64,000 nucleotides of DNA, from contig JAQGDQ010000534.1 in assembly GCA_030141605.1 (NCBI GenBank), forward strand, positions 87,366 to 151,365. Direction: 5' to 3'. The notes beneath the pieces are model-generated. The model searched no databases. It was not told the DNA's origin and saw only the letters and a list, made by a program, of their open reading frames with translations. Source of the DNA: Tubiluchus corallicola. Taxonomy: Eukaryota; Animalia; Priapulida. Below, piece by piece: positions 62,383 through 64,000 of the stretch. Positions within the stretch are counted from its first letter, which is position 1. Every line of letters starts with the position of its first letter. The position numbers were made by a program, and so were the translations under genes.

Positions 62383-63599
62383 GTAAGACTGATTAACATT
62401 AGTTGTTATTGTTCGGAAAAGATGAATTTAACAATGTTGCTAACTGTAAAATATTCCAATGTATACATGACTTTATATTACGTACTAAATGCTTCCAGTA
62501 GTTTCTATCTGATATGAATACATCAGTCTTAAATATTCGTACTTTAATATTTTCTAACCGTCATTTTTTACTAATGTCTAATGTAATCATGTAGTAAAAC
62601 TTGTCAGCTTGTGTAGTTATAGTCTATTCTTACTGTAAATGTTTTTGTAAATAGTGTATAAAGTCTGTTGTGGTGAAGATCCTAAATCATGTTGTTCAAA
62701 CTGTCTGATCCAATCCTATAATAAATTATGTTTAAACTAATCACACATCACCGAGGTTAGGTTTATTTAAATGTTTGCAAAAATTCTTAAAATGGTTGAA
62801 TCATAAACGTGTGATAAGCGCCTCATGTTATTAAAAATCATTTTACAGTCATGATCATTTCACCGTTGGCTGCTCCCATTTTGTTTGTTCATTTATTTAT
62901 TTATTTGTTTATAATACATCTATGAGCTGAAGTCAAGAGACTTATATGTCCATTAAAAACATCGTAAAACATATCGACAATGTACAGAAAGTAAGATTAC
63001 TGCTAAAAGTAGAAAATACATAGTACCATTTTGAGCGCCCATTCTTCCACCAGTGATGTCATATATCGACTGAAAAACTTTTTGCAAGGAATTGGATAAG
63101 CTAATTTTGCGATATTTTTGCAAGAATGTTATGCAAGCTGCATAAGTTTGAATTAGTTTGAGCAGCGCGCACTTACGGCCAGCCGTGATGCGTTTACGAA
63201 GAGCCACGAAGGCCCAGCAAGTATGCCACAATTTTTAAGTGAATTGCTGCGACCAACGGGCCTAAAAATTTCAATTCTGTGTCAGTATAAAACAACTTTA
63301 TGCTCTATGGACAGTTTTTGAGCAAATTTCTTTGTTATATTCAAAAGTTAATTAGTAGTAAAATAAATCCAACATATGTTAAGTCACTTGTCCTTTCTTT
63401 TAATGAATCATAGTCATTTTTTTTTGATGAGTTCATTTTATTATTATCTGGAAAATTTCATTTTAGTAACTTCTAATGCAATTTTTAAATCACAAAATTT
63501 ACGTAAACTTTGATAACATTTACCGGCACAGACCGAGGAAGAATTGAACGACAGCGGTGGCGAGTCAGCAGCCAATGCATTGTGGGACACGTGGAAGCA

Positions 63600-64000
63600 G
63601 TACAGCTAATGCTTACGTCAGAAACTACCCACAGTTTGTGCAATGGTAGGCGTCTTCCCTTGCGCGTCAGGCACATTTGCATAGTTGTTACAGTAATGCT
63701 TAAACGCATGATGTCGCGAAAAATGGGCTCTACATCATATGACGTCAGAAACTAACACATCATGGGGGTTATCACGGTACCACCTTCTATTTGTCGGCCA
63801 CGCGCATGTGACAAAAAGGCGCCGCTGCCAATCTTAATAGATTCACTGAGCCGCGCGTAGCTTTGAAAGTTTAACAAAATTTGAGTATCCGAGGTAATTA
63901 TTATTTAATCTAAGCTTTGATTTAAAATAAGGTATTGTAGTTTTCAATATTTTAGAGCATTCTTTATTCTGAACCAATGTCTACACAATCATCCGGTTTT
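63600..64000 (-). mobile_element. Kolobok-like MITE family A, partial (runs to window end)
   Basis: Same body; ends CAATCATCCGGTTTT. Confidence 0.8.

Overview
AT-rich, intron-rich invertebrate animal genomic DNA. I rebuilt exons by hand from GT-AG sites and reading phase. On the minus strand, in transcription order: (1) an intronless ANKMY2 ORF (57702-56164); (2) the 5' ~725 codons of an ADAMTS7/12-like metalloprotease in 13 exons (53506-31191), covering signal peptide, prodomain, furin site, intact HEMGHNFGMRHD zinc site, disintegrin-like, TSP1 and Cys-rich domains and stopping just before the spacer domain; (3) a ~10 kb nest of degenerate LINEs embedded in (AG)n; (4) the 3' part of a Dscam-family gene in 16 exons (21034-1425: FN2-FN3-FN4-Ig10-FN5-FN6-TM-cytoplasmic), with no Ig1-9/FN1 exons in the window. 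The last ADAMTS exon and first Dscam exon are phase-compatible, so the window reads as one open ADAMTS-Dscam chimera of at least 1516 aa, i.e. a membrane-anchored ADAMTS protease. A misassembly or recent rearrangement inside the LINE nest is a serious alternative that the sequence alone cannot exclude. Introns hold many MITEs (Kolobok-, piggyBac-, Tc1/pogo- and hAT-like), RTE fragments, a 5S-derived SINE, telomere-like arrays and minisatellites, two of which appear to be amplified exon/5'-splice-site junctions. A divergent plus-strand gene of unknown identity probably starts near 61.2 kb.
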